Origin: Candidatus Bathyarchaeia archaeon
GTDB taxonomy: Archaea; Thermoproteota; Bathyarchaeia; Bathyarchaeales; Bathycorpusculaceae
Assembly: GCA_038883715.1 (NCBI GenBank)
Contig: JAVZLS010000009.1
Location: 1 to 53,737 of the forward strand
Length of the DNA stretch: 53,737 nt
Direction of reading: 5' to 3'
The stretch's first letter is position 1. Each line of letters opens with the position of its first letter. This document shows, piece after piece, positions 17,077-26,876 of this stretch. A program made the translations under genes and the position numbers. Below the pieces are notes generated by a model. The model saw only the letters and a list, made by a program, of their open reading frames with translations. It searched no databases and was not told where the DNA came from.

Positions 17077-18429
17077 ATGCTTAGAGAGGCTTGGTCTCTG
17101 GCTATTGAAGCCTTAAGCTGGATGGAGAAAGCGCAAATAAGCGAGCGTCTAGCCATAGCTAGAACAGCAAAACAGCTTGAAATAAGCGATATTGACGCCT
17201 TACGCTATGCTCATGGGCTTGTCTGTGAAACTGTCCGGCGCCGCAACCTTATAGACCGTTTTATAAACGAGGTTTTGAAGCCCAAATCTATAAGCGAGTT
17301 CACTTTGGGCGTCCAGTCTTTTTTGAGGCTTTACGTTTACCAGACAAGGGTTGCCAAAAACTGGGGGAAACTAGACATTGAAGAGGCAAAAAACATTGTG
17401 AAGCTTGCCCGTTCAATTTTGGGATGGAGAACCCTCCAATGCGTTGAGCCCTTTCTAGGCTTGCTTTTAACAGAAAGCCCAAACACCATTCTAAAAGGCA
17501 TGGGCGACGAGGAAAGGGTTGGACTTTTAACTTTTCATCCAACATGGTTTGTGCGGTATTGCTTCAAACTTTTCGGTAGAAAAGAAGCCATAAACATTTT
17601 GGAGGCAAACTTGAAGGCGCCCCCAACCTATATTAGACTTAACACACTAAAAGGTAGCGAAAATGAAATTTTGGCGAGACTAGCCGAGGAAAAAGTAAGC
17701 GTTGAAAAAGTTGATGGGTTACGCTATGCCTACAAGGTGTTAGGCACAAAAACCCCGCTAACAAGAACCAAAAGCTTCAGCGAAGGCCTATTTTACATTC
17801 AAGATAAGGCTAGCTGTTATGCAGCTGAAGTGGCAAACCCACGGCCTGGAACCGTGCTTTTGGACGTGTGTGCGGCTCCGGGTGCCAAAACCACCTATCT
17901 GGCTCAGCTCATGCAGAACCGAGGCACAACCTATTCAATAGACTTTTCAAGACGAAGGATGGATGTTTGGAAAAGCGAGACAGCAAGAATGGGTGTGGAT
18001 ATCGCCGAGCCAATAATTGCTGACGCATGCAACCCGTTGCCAGTCTTCATAGAAGCGGACATGGTGGTTTTAGACCCGCCATGCACAAGCACAGGAGCCT
18101 TCGCAAAAATTCCATCAGCCAAGTGGAGGCTTACACAACGCTCTGTTGAGAAGATGGCTGAAATCCAGTGGCAAATGCTGGAAAACTCCGCTGAAAAAGT
18201 CAAACCCGGCGGTACACTAATCTATTCCACTTGCAGCATAACAGTTGAAGAAAACGAGATGCTTATTGAAAGATTCTTAAAGTGGCATCCTGAGTTCTCG
18301 CTGGCTGAAATAACACCAAAAATAGGGCTTCCCGGATTGAGAGGCATGGAAAAATGCCAGAGGCTTTATCCGCATATTCACAAGTGCAACGGCTTCTTCA
18401 TAGCAAAACTGTTAAGGAGCAAAACATAA
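17077..18429 (+). CDS. RsmB/NOP2/Fmu RNA m5C methyltransferase with NusB-like N-terminus
   Basis: FYIQDKAS, DVCAAPGAKT, DPPC, YSTCS, NGFFIA. Confidence 0.9.
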   Translation: MLREAWSLAIEALSWMEKAQISERLAIARTAKQLEISDIDALRYAHGLVCETVRRRNLIDRFINEVLKPKSISEFTLGVQSFLRLYVYQTRVAKNWGKLDIEEAKNIVKLARSILGWRTLQCVEPFLGLLLTESPNTILKGMGDEERVGLLTFHPTWFVRYCFKLFGRKEAINILEANLKAPPTYIRLNTLKGSENEILARLAEEKVSVEKVDGLRYAYKVLGTKTPLTRTKSFSEGLFYIQDKASCYAAEVANPRPGTVLLDVCAAPGAKTTYLAQLMQNRGTTYSIDFSRRRMDVWKSETARMGVDIAEPIIADACNPLPVFIEADMVVLDPPCTSTGAFAKIPSAKWRLTQRSVEKMAEIQWQMLENSAEKVKPGGTLIYSTCSITVEENEMLIERFLKWHPEFSLAEITPKIGLPGLRGMEKCQRLYPHIHKCNGFFIAKLLRSKT

Positions 18430-18450
18430 CAATATTTGAGGTGACGTGAT

Positions 18451-18735
18451 TTGAAAGGGTGCAAATTGATTGGAAGAATCGTAAAGGTTGAAGGTGAATG
18501 CTCAGCAGGTCACCACGTTGGAGAAGAATTCGACTTAACACTTTATTCCGGAGAGGAAAATAAAAGCTTTAGAGCCCCAAATATCTGCAGCTTCTTCTAC
18601 AACTCCATCTTCCCCTATCTAGTGGCTTTACAGTTTGGCGGAGCCTTCCCATGGGAAAAAGACAAAGACACTTTCACTTCAGGCTGTCCAGACCGCCAAA
18701 AAGTTATAATAGAAATCAAAAGGGTCAAAAAGTGA
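18451..18735 (+). CDS. TIGR04076-family small Cys protein
   Basis: VEGECSAGHHVGEEF...ICSFFYNSIFPY...GCPD; SD GAGGTGA upstream. Confidence 0.75.
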   Translation: MKGCKLIGRIVKVEGECSAGHHVGEEFDLTLYSGEENKSFRAPNICSFFYNSIFPYLVALQFGGAFPWEKDKDTFTSGCPDRQKVIIEIKRVKK

Positions 18736-18840
18736 AAAGTCTAACCCATTCTCGCCCTTTCTACACCGCATACCTCTTACTTTCCGAAAAAGCAAAAGAG
18801 CATTTCAAAATAATCCACATAAAAGATTATTTATTATAGC

Positions 18841-19740
18841 TCAGCATACCCGCGATTTTTCCATAATTGACAGAAGCTCAAAAATTATCTTTGCTGCTTG
18901 AATCGCCGTAACCCCAAAATCATAATTGGGGGCAACTTCCACAACATCCAATCCTACAACACGCTTATCGCAAACACCGCACAAAATGTCAAGTAAGGCA
19001 TGGCTTTCGAGACCTTCTGGTTCTGGATTTTGCACAGCTGGCGCATAGGCTGGGTCCAGAACATCAATATCCACAGAAACATAAACACTTTTCACATCGG
19101 CGAGCCTCCGCTTCAAAAGCTTCAGCGTCCGCTCCACACCATCTCTTTTAATCTGCTGTGTTGTGATGAATTCTATTCCGGCTTTCTTCACATATTTTAG
19201 CTCCTCTTTGCAGACGGCTCTTATGCCAACTTCTAATATTTTTGCTGGTTTTAACTGCTCATTTAGTCTTCGCATGAAAGTTGCATGAGAAAGCTTTAAA
19301 CCCATAAACTCGTCCCGCAAATCGAGATGGGCGTCAAAACTTAAAACAGCCGTCTCGGAAGTTTTGTTGCCGAAACCTTTCAAAACGCCAAGTGTAACTG
19401 TGTGCTCCCCACCAATGGTGATGGGTGTTTTTTCAGCCTCCAGTATTTCTTTGATGACTCTTGCGAGTCTTTCTAGGGTTTGCTCTGGGTCTGTGGAAAC
19501 GTGCAAGTCGCCTAAATCATGAATTCGCAGTTCTTCAACGTCTATGCCGCTGCGGAAGCTGTAGGTTTCAACGTTTAGGGATGCCTCCCTTATTGCGTTT
19601 GGTCCAAACCTAGCCCCAGTCCGATAGGTGCTTGTAACATCGAAGGGCACGCCCAAAACCACGTAGTCAGCTTCCTCAAAATTTTTTTGGAAACCGCTAA
19701 AAACTGTGGAGTGGGAAACATACAAGTCGCGGTAACTCAT
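18841..19740 (-). CDS. speB: Agmatinase (ureohydrolase)
   Basis: GARFGPNAIR, GGEH, DAHLD, SHAT, SVDIDVLDP, EVAP. Confidence 0.92.
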   Translation of the reverse strand: MSYRDLYVSHSTVFSGFQKNFEEADYVVLGVPFDVTSTYRTGARFGPNAIREASLNVETYSFRSGIDVEELRIHDLGDLHVSTDPEQTLERLARVIKEILEAEKTPITIGGEHTVTLGVLKGFGNKTSETAVLSFDAHLDLRDEFMGLKLSHATFMRRLNEQLKPAKILEVGIRAVCKEELKYVKKAGIEFITTQQIKRDGVERTLKLLKRRLADVKSVYVSVDIDVLDPAYAPAVQNPEPEGLESHALLDILCGVCDKRVVGLDVVEVAPNYDFGVTAIQAAKIIFELLSIMEKSRVC

Positions 19741-19808
19741 TTTCTCTACGCTCTCTTTGGGAGTAAACGACTAAACAGTTTAGCCCATGAAGTTCTAAAC
19801 TTTTTCGC

Positions 19809-20144
19809 TCATTTCTGAACTTTTATCTCTTTTTCCAAAATAGCTCCGAATTCCATTAAGCCCTTAAATTTTTGTCCCTTAAAAACTAAAGTCGGAGTCG
19901 TGTTTATTCTTGCAATCTTTGCCTTAAGGCGTGCAGGAGCGCCCGCTAAACTAAGATCAACAACTTTGAATGGGAGACCAGATCTTTCTAAGAGCTCAAT
20001 AGCCTTCCTATCCTCCTCGGTTAAGGCAAAGTCTGTTTTTGTTACTCGGTACCCGGCGCTGCACCAATGACCCCAATTAGGCATCGTATATTCTACACGC
20101 TCAATTTTCTCGGATTTAACATAAAGAATTACTTCTTCTGACAT
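19809..20144 (-). CDS. Glutaredoxin/thioredoxin-fold-like protein lacking CxxC
   Basis: KAIELLERSGLPFKVVDLS...INTTPTLVFKGQKFKG matches the Grx cis-Pro region. Confidence 0.5.
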   Translation of the reverse strand: MSEEVILYVKSEKIERVEYTMPNWGHWCSAGYRVTKTDFALTEEDRKAIELLERSGLPFKVVDLSLAGAPARLKAKIARINTTPTLVFKGQKFKGLMEFGAILEKEIKVQK

Positions 20145-20220
20145 TCTCGGCTCTAGAATAAGACTTGGTGAAACCGAAGATTTAAGTTTTGGCTGGCGAT
20201 GGTGAACAAAGTAGGATTTG

Positions 20221-21915
20221 TTATAGGCTTGTTATGGCGAAATAGTTGGCGACTGCACCGCGCTTCCTTTTCTTAAAATAATAGGCTGTTGAAGCTAGAA
20301 CAGCGAAGATGGCTAGAATTATTAGTACTAGCCAATACAATGGGAACCCTTCAGCGCCTGGGGTGACACCACCCTCGCCTGCCGCAGCCTTGACAATATA
20401 ATAGCCTTCCACTGTTTTTGCTGTGTTTCCAGCCTTGTCAAAGCACTCCGCATAAAACGTAATTATGGCATCTTTAGGATAACCCGGAATTGTGCCAGCC
20501 CAGTTTCCATCCTCCAGAACCATTAATAGTTTTTGCCATTCGCCACCCAGGAATCTAAACCATAGGGTAACGTTTTTAATTCCGCTTCCATCGTCCACGA
20601 TTTGAGCTGAGACTTTGACTGACTCATTTTCTGTTGGCTCTGTGGGCGTCCATGAGAATCCCGTCACTGTTGGAGCTGTGTTGTCAACGGTTACGGTTAT
20701 GGTGGTTTCATCTTTGTTTCCAGCCTTGTCAAACGCTGTTAGGGTAATGTTGTAGACGCCGTCGTTATAGCCGCTTGTATCCCAAACGTAGGTTTGGTCT
20801 TCTATCTCCCAAACATGAATTTCTTCGCCTATTTCTAGCTCCATCCTATCAAAGTTTGAGTCTTCAGCATGAAGCTTAACAAGCACTATGCCACGTAGAA
20901 AACTTCCATTGGGTGGTGACAAAATTTCAGCCTTTGGTATTATATTGTCAACTGTTACGACAACTGTGTGTTTTGCTATGTTTCCAGCCTTGTCGATTGC
21001 TTCCAACGTTAAAATGTGAAGCCCATCATCCAGTATTGCCGCGTCCAATTGGAAGGCGTATTGTCCCGTCATGTTCCATTCAGCTAAAAGGGTTTCATCA
21101 ATCATAAGCTTGGCGTCTAACAGGTTGTCGTCCTGCACATGAACTGTGATGTTTATGTTTCCGGCGACATAGCTTCCATCATTCGGTGTTAAAATGGTGG
21201 CTATCGGTGGGAAACGGTCGACAACCGTATATGAGTAAATGTCTAAGGTTGCAGTGTTTCCAGCGTTGTCAACCGCGGAAACACGATAACTTACTGCTGT
21301 CCCATACGGGAATGCTGGTATCTCCGCAATATATAATGTGCCATTGAAATCCATTTTTATAACATTCCAACCTGTTCCATTGTTATAAGATAGCAAAAGC
21401 TCTTTTACGCCGCTTGCAAGAGGCGGCTCCGTCGCATTCGCAATTATCAAAGTGGTTTCGTTATAGTTTGGTTGGGCTGGAACCCGCTCAACATATGTTA
21501 TGACTGGTGGACGAAAGTCGCCAACCGTATATGTGTACTCTTTTGAGCATGCCTTGTTTCCAGCCCTGTCATAGGCGCAGACCACATAGGCGACTGTGGA
21601 GTTATAGCGTTTTGGCGGAATCTCTGCAAAAAACAAATTGCCAGTCCTATTCATTTTTAGCCTAACAACTTCTTGGCTGTCAACTCTGTAACATAGGGTG
21701 GCATTGGCTACCCCGCTTTTTGAATCCGTTATGTATGCTAAAATGAGCACACTGTCCTCGTATTCGGGTTTTGTAGGATATTGACAAACGTAATGAATCT
21801 TTGGAGGTTTTCGGTCTCCGCGGTGGCACGCTCCCGCAGTAAAAGTTTTGGCGAGGCTTAGCGTTAGGGCTAAAATTGTTAGGAATATGAGTATAGCCGC
21901 TTTTCTCTTCAGCAT
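20221..21915 (-). CDS. Cell-surface protein: signal peptide, five Ig-like repeats, C-terminal TM anchor
   Basis: N-terminal hydrophobic leader; five A-x-D-x-A-G-N repeats (visible in DNA as GTTTCCAGCnnTGTC); many N-x-S/T sequons; TM segment followed by KKRKR. Confidence 0.85.
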   Translation of the reverse strand: MLKRKAAILIFLTILALTLSLAKTFTAGACHRGDRKPPKIHYVCQYPTKPEYEDSVLILAYITDSKSGVANATLCYRVDSQEVVRLKMNRTGNLFFAEIPPKRYNSTVAYVVCAYDRAGNKACSKEYTYTVGDFRPPVITYVERVPAQPNYNETTLIIANATEPPLASGVKELLLSYNNGTGWNVIKMDFNGTLYIAEIPAFPYGTAVSYRVSAVDNAGNTATLDIYSYTVVDRFPPIATILTPNDGSYVAGNINITVHVQDDNLLDAKLMIDETLLAEWNMTGQYAFQLDAAILDDGLHILTLEAIDKAGNIAKHTVVVTVDNIIPKAEILSPPNGSFLRGIVLVKLHAEDSNFDRMELEIGEEIHVWEIEDQTYVWDTSGYNDGVYNITLTAFDKAGNKDETTITVTVDNTAPTVTGFSWTPTEPTENESVKVSAQIVDDGSGIKNVTLWFRFLGGEWQKLLMVLEDGNWAGTIPGYPKDAIITFYAECFDKAGNTAKTVEGYYIVKAAAGEGGVTPGAEGFPLYWLVLIILAIFAVLASTAYYFKKRKRGAVANYFAITSL

Positions 21916-22085
21916 TCTCCTTTCTCCAACAAAGCATTGCCGCCTTCCTATAAAAAGGGTTGTTTCGAAATGGAAATATCCATGAGTTTATGATACGCTT
22001 GGAAGTAAAAGTGACCGTTCAAAGCATATGATTTATTAACCATATGTGTTTCAATTTAATGCATTAATTTCAGAAGGCAACTGCC

Positions 22086-22445
22086 ATGAGCTTCAAGTCA
22101 AGGCTTAAAACCGAAAACATAGGTTTGCTCTTAGCCTCAATTTTCTATGCCGCCGCTGGCATCGTCTGCTTTATCGTATTAGCCACAGTAGATTATGAGC
22201 TGGTCCACATAGGTTTGATTGGCATAATAAGCCTAGCCACAGCCTACGGCTTGATTATGCGGAGACGCTGGGCTCTATGGAGCGTTTTCGTCCTTTTCTT
22301 CACAAACACAACCTTTGCCGTTTCAATGCTTTACTACACAGTGGGTAGCGACATCGTCAACGACACAGCTATGATTCTGTACCTAATCCTAACGTGGGTT
22401 GCTACAATTTATCTGGCTGCTAGAAGGAAGAAACTTGAATCTTAA
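22086..22445 (+). CDS. Hypothetical four-TM membrane protein
   Basis: 119 aa, four hydrophobic segments, basic termini. Confidence 0.7.
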   Translation: MSFKSRLKTENIGLLLASIFYAAAGIVCFIVLATVDYELVHIGLIGIISLATAYGLIMRRRWALWSVFVLFFTNTTFAVSMLYYTVGSDIVNDTAMILYLILTWVATIYLAARRKKLES

Positions 22446-23695
22446 ACTCTGATGTTCTCCAAGCGTTGGAAAAGGTGAACCGTAACCTCCTCGCCAGCGT
22501 CGACGAACTGCTGGTTTTCGGGGATTTCTATGAATCCGTCAGCCCTTAATAGGGTTGTTATAGCTCCTGAAAGCCCAACTGGAACGGGTTCTGCTACGAG
22601 CCGTTGTTTCTCGTCTCTTTTGAGTTTCACCATGATGAACGTGCGTCTACCCCTTGCTGGAAACATCCGCGTCAAAGCCAGAGCCCTAACAGCAGTAGCC
22701 TCCGAAGCTTTTCTTCCAGCCATACATTCTATTATTGGGCGCACAAGCAGGTGAAAGATTAATAGTGCTGAGGTTGGGTGTCCAGGAAGGGCGAAAATGG
22801 GCTTGCCGTCTACAACAGCGACGGTTGTTGGCTTTCCCGGTTTTGTGGCTATCCCGCAAACAATTATGCCCGGCTTTCCAAGGAGACTAAGTGTTTTTGG
22901 AATGACATCTTTTGGTCCAACTGAAACTCCGCCTGAAGTCACAACAACATCCGCTGACGATAATGCTTTTTTCAATGCTTTTTCAATTTCATCCGGGTCG
23001 TCCGGAAAAACCCCCAGATAGACTGGTTTTCCGCCGCTTTCCACGACAGCTGTGCTTAGGCTGTAGGCGTTAATATCATAAATTTTTCCTGGAGCTAGTG
23101 GCTCGCCTGGTTCGGTTATTTCTGCGCCTGTGGATAAAACAGCCACTCGGGGGATTTTGTAAACCTTTACTTTTGAAAGTCCAACCGCCGCTATGGCGCC
23201 GATTTCCCTTGCGCCTAAAAGTTGTCCTTGCTTTGCAACGGTTTCGCCCCTTTTTATGTCTGCTCCAGCCCTCATTATGTTTTCATCTTTTGCCACTGCA
23301 GCATAAACGTAGACTTCACCGTTCCTTAGCTCGGTGTTTTCAGCCATAACAACAGCGTCCGCGCCTTCGGGAATTGGCGCACCAGTCATTATTTCTGCTG
23401 CTGTTCCATATTCCACTTTAATTTTTGGCATTTCCCCAACGTTTACTGTTCCGCAAAGCTTCAGCTTTACTGGTCTATTTTCGTCCGCACCAAAAGTGTC
23501 TTCGGCTTTAACGGCATAACCGTCAACTGTTGAGCGGTTGAAGGGTGGAATATCCAGCGGGGCGGTTACGTCTTCTGCTAAAACGCGGTTGTAAGCCTCC
23601 AAAAGCGGGACTTCTTCAACGCCTATTGGTTTAGCCTCAAAATGTTTTTCAATAGCCTTCTTTGCCTCTTCGAGGGTGAAGAGTTTTCTAAACAT
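22442..23695 (-). CDS. moeA: Molybdopterin molybdenumtransferase MoeA (paralog 2)
   Basis: PPFNRSTVDGYA, TGAPIPEGADAV, SGGVSVG, KPGKP, LPGHP. Start moved to ATG 23695 (MFRKL), which overlaps the upstream paralog's stop. Confidence 0.92.
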   Translation of the reverse strand: MFRKLFTLEEAKKAIEKHFEAKPIGVEEVPLLEAYNRVLAEDVTAPLDIPPFNRSTVDGYAVKAEDTFGADENRPVKLKLCGTVNVGEMPKIKVEYGTAAEIMTGAPIPEGADAVVMAENTELRNGEVYVYAAVAKDENIMRAGADIKRGETVAKQGQLLGAREIGAIAAVGLSKVKVYKIPRVAVLSTGAEITEPGEPLAPGKIYDINAYSLSTAVVESGGKPVYLGVFPDDPDEIEKALKKALSSADVVVTSGGVSVGPKDVIPKTLSLLGKPGIIVCGIATKPGKPTTVAVVDGKPIFALPGHPTSALLIFHLLVRPIIECMAGRKASEATAVRALALTRMFPARGRRTFIMVKLKRDEKQRLVAEPVPVGLSGAITTLLRADGFIEIPENQQFVDAGEEVTVHLFQRLENIRV

Positions 23696-24950
23696 ACTCG
23701 CCGAAAACCTCCAGCTTGTCAAAGAGGTGAACCTGAACAGTTTCGCCTTCTTCTAGTCCCTCGCGGTTTTCGGGCACGACAACATAGCCATTAGCCCTTG
23801 TTAATGTTGAGATTATGCCAGAACCCCTAGCACTTATGGGCTCAGCATAAAACTCTCCATACCTCTGGAAGACGCGGACGCGAACAAAGGTTTTTCTTCC
23901 AAGGGCTGTTGATGTCCGCCTCGTAAGCTTTGCCACCACAACAGGTCTGGTCTCGTTTTCTATGCCTAGCATTTTGAGGATTAAAGGTCTTGCGAAAACC
24001 TCAAAGCCGAAGAAAGCTGCCACCGGATTGCCTGAAAGCACTATTACTGGCTTATCATTTACAAGGGCTAGGGCTGTGGGCATGGCTGGGCGCATGGCAA
24101 CTCCGTGAACAATAATGCCGGGCTTACCAAGCTTGTTTATGACTGTTGGAACAAGGTCTGATTCTCCAACACTTGTTCCGCCAGTGGTTATTACAACTTC
24201 CGCCTTCTCCAGCCCTTGTTTGAGCTTTTCTATGATCTCCTCAACATCGTCTTTTGCTATCCCAAAGTTTATGGGTTCGGCGCCCAGTTCATTGCACAAG
24301 GATACAAGCATAACCCTATTTGATTCATAAATCTGGTCTTCACGCGGCTTTTCTCCAACTTCGACAAGCTCGTTTCCAGTAGCCAAAATCGCCACCTTTG
24401 GCTTTTCAAAAACTTGTACTTTGCTCTTGCCAAGTGCCGATATTAAGGCTAGATGGTGAGGTTTTAGGCGTGTTCCAGCCTCAACTGCGACTTCGCCTTT
24501 TGCTACGTCTTCTCCCCGCTTCGAAACATTCTCGCCCGGCGTAACAGCCGTCCAAACCTCTATTTGGCTGCCACCAACAAGCCTAACATTTTCCAGCATC
24601 AAAACGGCATCTGCCCCTCTTGGAAGGGGATTTCCAGTCCAAACTTGTTTTGCTTCGCCCTTTTTCACTTCGCTTGCGTTTGTCAGTTTTAGGGTTTTGG
24701 GCTTAAACTGGAAAGCCCCAAACGTGTCTTCGGCTTTAACGGCATAACCGTCAACTGCGGAACGGTCAAATCTTGGAAGGTTTTCATCTGCTATGATATC
24801 TTCTGCCAAAACGCGGTTAAGCGCTTCCCAAACTGGAATCATTTCGGTTTTACGCCGTTCAAGTTTTAGGCTGTTGAAAAATAGTTTTTTCGCTTCCTCA
24901 ATGGTTGCGAGTTTTTGGAAGCCCCTTAGCCTAACCAAAACCGAAGGCAC
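23688..24950 (-). CDS. moeA: Molybdopterin molybdenumtransferase MoeA (paralog 1)
   Basis: PRFDRSAVDGYA, TGGTSVG, RPAMP, LSGNP. Start likely GTG 24950 or TTG 24938 rather than 25001. Confidence 0.9.
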   Translation of the reverse strand: MPSVLVRLRGFQKLATIEEAKKLFFNSLKLERRKTEMIPVWEALNRVLAEDIIADENLPRFDRSAVDGYAVKAEDTFGAFQFKPKTLKLTNASEVKKGEAKQVWTGNPLPRGADAVLMLENVRLVGGSQIEVWTAVTPGENVSKRGEDVAKGEVAVEAGTRLKPHHLALISALGKSKVQVFEKPKVAILATGNELVEVGEKPREDQIYESNRVMLVSLCNELGAEPINFGIAKDDVEEIIEKLKQGLEKAEVVITTGGTSVGESDLVPTVINKLGKPGIIVHGVAMRPAMPTALALVNDKPVIVLSGNPVAAFFGFEVFARPLILKMLGIENETRPVVVAKLTRRTSTALGRKTFVRVRVFQRYGEFYAEPISARGSGIISTLTRANGYVVVPENREGLEEGETVQVHLFDKLEVFGEYV

Positions 24951-25011
24951 CCATAAACAGCACACAAACTTTATAGAAAAAGGTATCGCACCAAGCCCCA
25001 TTGCAGCCAGC

Positions 25012-25875
25012 TTATATTTTCAGCACTTTTCTGAGAATGTCCCGCATTTTTATGGCGTCCACATCCAACACTGGGCTCTCGCTAATTATGACTGGATTCA
25101 ATCTAAAATCGGCTATAACCTTCGCAAGCATCTCAAAATCTGGTCCATAACCAGCCTCGTCCATCGTGTGGTGGCATTTCTCCCCCTTGTCAGTGAACTC
25201 GACCTTTGTGAAGTGGCAATGCATGTTTTTGACGGCTTCAGTTCCCAAACACCTCTCAATTTCCTCAACAATCCTACGGAAGTCATCAACAGTCTTGAAG
25301 CGCCCACGGTCTCTAGCGTGAAGGTGCGCCCAGTCTATTACGGGCTGAGTTTGCTCAACTTGCTCGCATAAAGTTAAAACCTCTTCTAAACTGCCAAACT
25401 GGGTCGGCTTCCCCATGGTTTCCGGACCAAGCCGCACATCCTTAATGCCAAAAGCCTTAAGCCTCTCAACAACATCTTTTAGGGCTTCGAGGCATGCTTT
25501 AAAAACATCTTTTGGAGATTTTCTTCCGTAAAACCCAGGATGAAAAACAACAATTTGGGAGCCCATCCACTGGGATGCAGTGGCACACGCAGCAAGGCGG
25601 TCTTTGCTAGCTTCGACGGTTTCTTTCTCGCCGCACAAGTTTATGAAGTAGGAGCCGTGAAGGCTTAAGAGGACATCGTTCTCTTTGGCTCTTAATCCAA
25701 GGCTTTCGGCATCCTCCCTTCGAATTTGGGGCTTTCCACCCCAACGCACAGCTTGATACTCAAAAGCGTCTAATCCCTCTTCCCGTAAAAGTCTCGGAAT
25801 ATCCGTCAAGGAGGCTTTCATAGCCCTAAAACTTGGCGGAACCCCTGCTGGACCAAATCTTGGACGGTCAGCCAT
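25012..25875 (-). CDS. nfo: Endonuclease IV (archaeal AP endonuclease, TIM barrel)
   Basis: LHGSYFINL, FHPG, ETMGK, DWAH, HCHF, HH and ISES zinc ligands. Confidence 0.85.
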   Translation of the reverse strand: MADRPRFGPAGVPPSFRAMKASLTDIPRLLREEGLDAFEYQAVRWGGKPQIRREDAESLGLRAKENDVLLSLHGSYFINLCGEKETVEASKDRLAACATASQWMGSQIVVFHPGFYGRKSPKDVFKACLEALKDVVERLKAFGIKDVRLGPETMGKPTQFGSLEEVLTLCEQVEQTQPVIDWAHLHARDRGRFKTVDDFRRIVEEIERCLGTEAVKNMHCHFTKVEFTDKGEKCHHTMDEAGYGPDFEMLAKVIADFRLNPVIISESPVLDVDAIKMRDILRKVLKI

Positions 25876-25886
25876 TTCCGAAGCCT

Positions 25887-26771
25887 CTAACTTCTCTTTG
25901 CCTTCCTAAAGCGATAACCTTTTCGCGTTAAAAACCCGTAGGAGAACACCGCCAAAGCTGAAACCCAAGCCGCCACGTTCTGAAAAACAATGTATTTACC
26001 GACTGGAGGCAAATCCACAAGAGGCTTCACCAAGCCTCCAAGGGCTGAGGCAAAACCCCTCAAAGCTGGAGCTGCAGAAATTATGGCATTATTTACTGCT
26101 GAGCAAAGCCAACCGATGGGACCGAGAGCTTCAACAAAGCCCTTCAAAGCATTGTTAACAGACCTTACAAACTCGAGAAGCGAGGGGTTTCCACGATACA
26201 TATTTGAAAAAGTTCCGTATATCAGCCCGGGATAGGCAACAACTGAAACCAGCAGAATTAGAGCTGAAAAAACCAGAATTGTTATTATGGCGCTTTTTAT
26301 TGTTGCCCTTGCAAAGCTTACCTTGCTCCAAATGTAGGACACCCCCTTAATCCTTAAAAGTCCAGCCTTTATTCTTCCGAAAAAATTCTTTACGGCGTTG
26401 GCTATTCTAGACGTGAATTTTCTCTCCGCTTTTTGGATTTGACCCTTCTTTTGTGGCTTAGGTTTGGGTTTTCCTTCGGGCGGTTTTTGAGGCTGCATAG
26501 CCGCATATTTTGTCATACAAATCCAACTGAAAACAAGTGTGATAATAACTGACAACGGGACAAGATGAAAAAGCGGACTCACAGTAATCGTTATTGTCCA
26601 GTTTGTCCATGGAAACTGAAAACTTCCTTGCAGGGGGTTTTCATCTCTCACTCCGAGGGAAACGGCATAAACAACAACAGCATATTCGATTAGGGCGGCT
26701 ATTATAAGGAATAGGATTATTGCCGCTAAACCCTTAAGGGACGCCCACCGAAGTATCAGACGCTTAGACAA
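25887..26771 (-). CDS. Hypothetical membrane protein with basic/Pro-rich cytoplasmic loop
   Basis: Several TM segments; SD-like GGTGGT upstream; co-oriented with nfo. Confidence 0.7.
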   Translation of the reverse strand: MSKRLILRWASLKGLAAIILFLIIAALIEYAVVVYAVSLGVRDENPLQGSFQFPWTNWTITITVSPLFHLVPLSVIITLVFSWICMTKYAAMQPQKPPEGKPKPKPQKKGQIQKAERKFTSRIANAVKNFFGRIKAGLLRIKGVSYIWSKVSFARATIKSAIITILVFSALILLVSVVAYPGLIYGTFSNMYRGNPSLLEFVRSVNNALKGFVEALGPIGWLCSAVNNAIISAAPALRGFASALGGLVKPLVDLPPVGKYIVFQNVAAWVSALAVFSYGFLTRKGYRFRKAKRS

Positions 26772-26876
26772 TCGACCACCATGCTTTGCTTATTGTAAAT
26801 TTTGCTTTAGGGAATATGGAAATTCCAGTTAAAAAACGTGACTGTTAAAACCTTGTTTCGCCCGTGAAGTCTCAGC

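Noticed and set aside
20420-21572. Recurring GTTTCCAGCCTTGTC as a possible CRISPR repeat
   Set aside because: Spacing is about 270-300 nt and in frame; it encodes the DKAGN motif of the Ig repeats.
21955-21980. TTGTTTCGAAATGGAAA as a possible origin recognition box
   Set aside because: Spacing differs from the ORB consensus, it is a single copy, and there is no cdc6/orc1 nearby.
24793-25371. 192-aa + strand ORF
   Set aside because: Antisense to moeA and nfo; no recognisable features.
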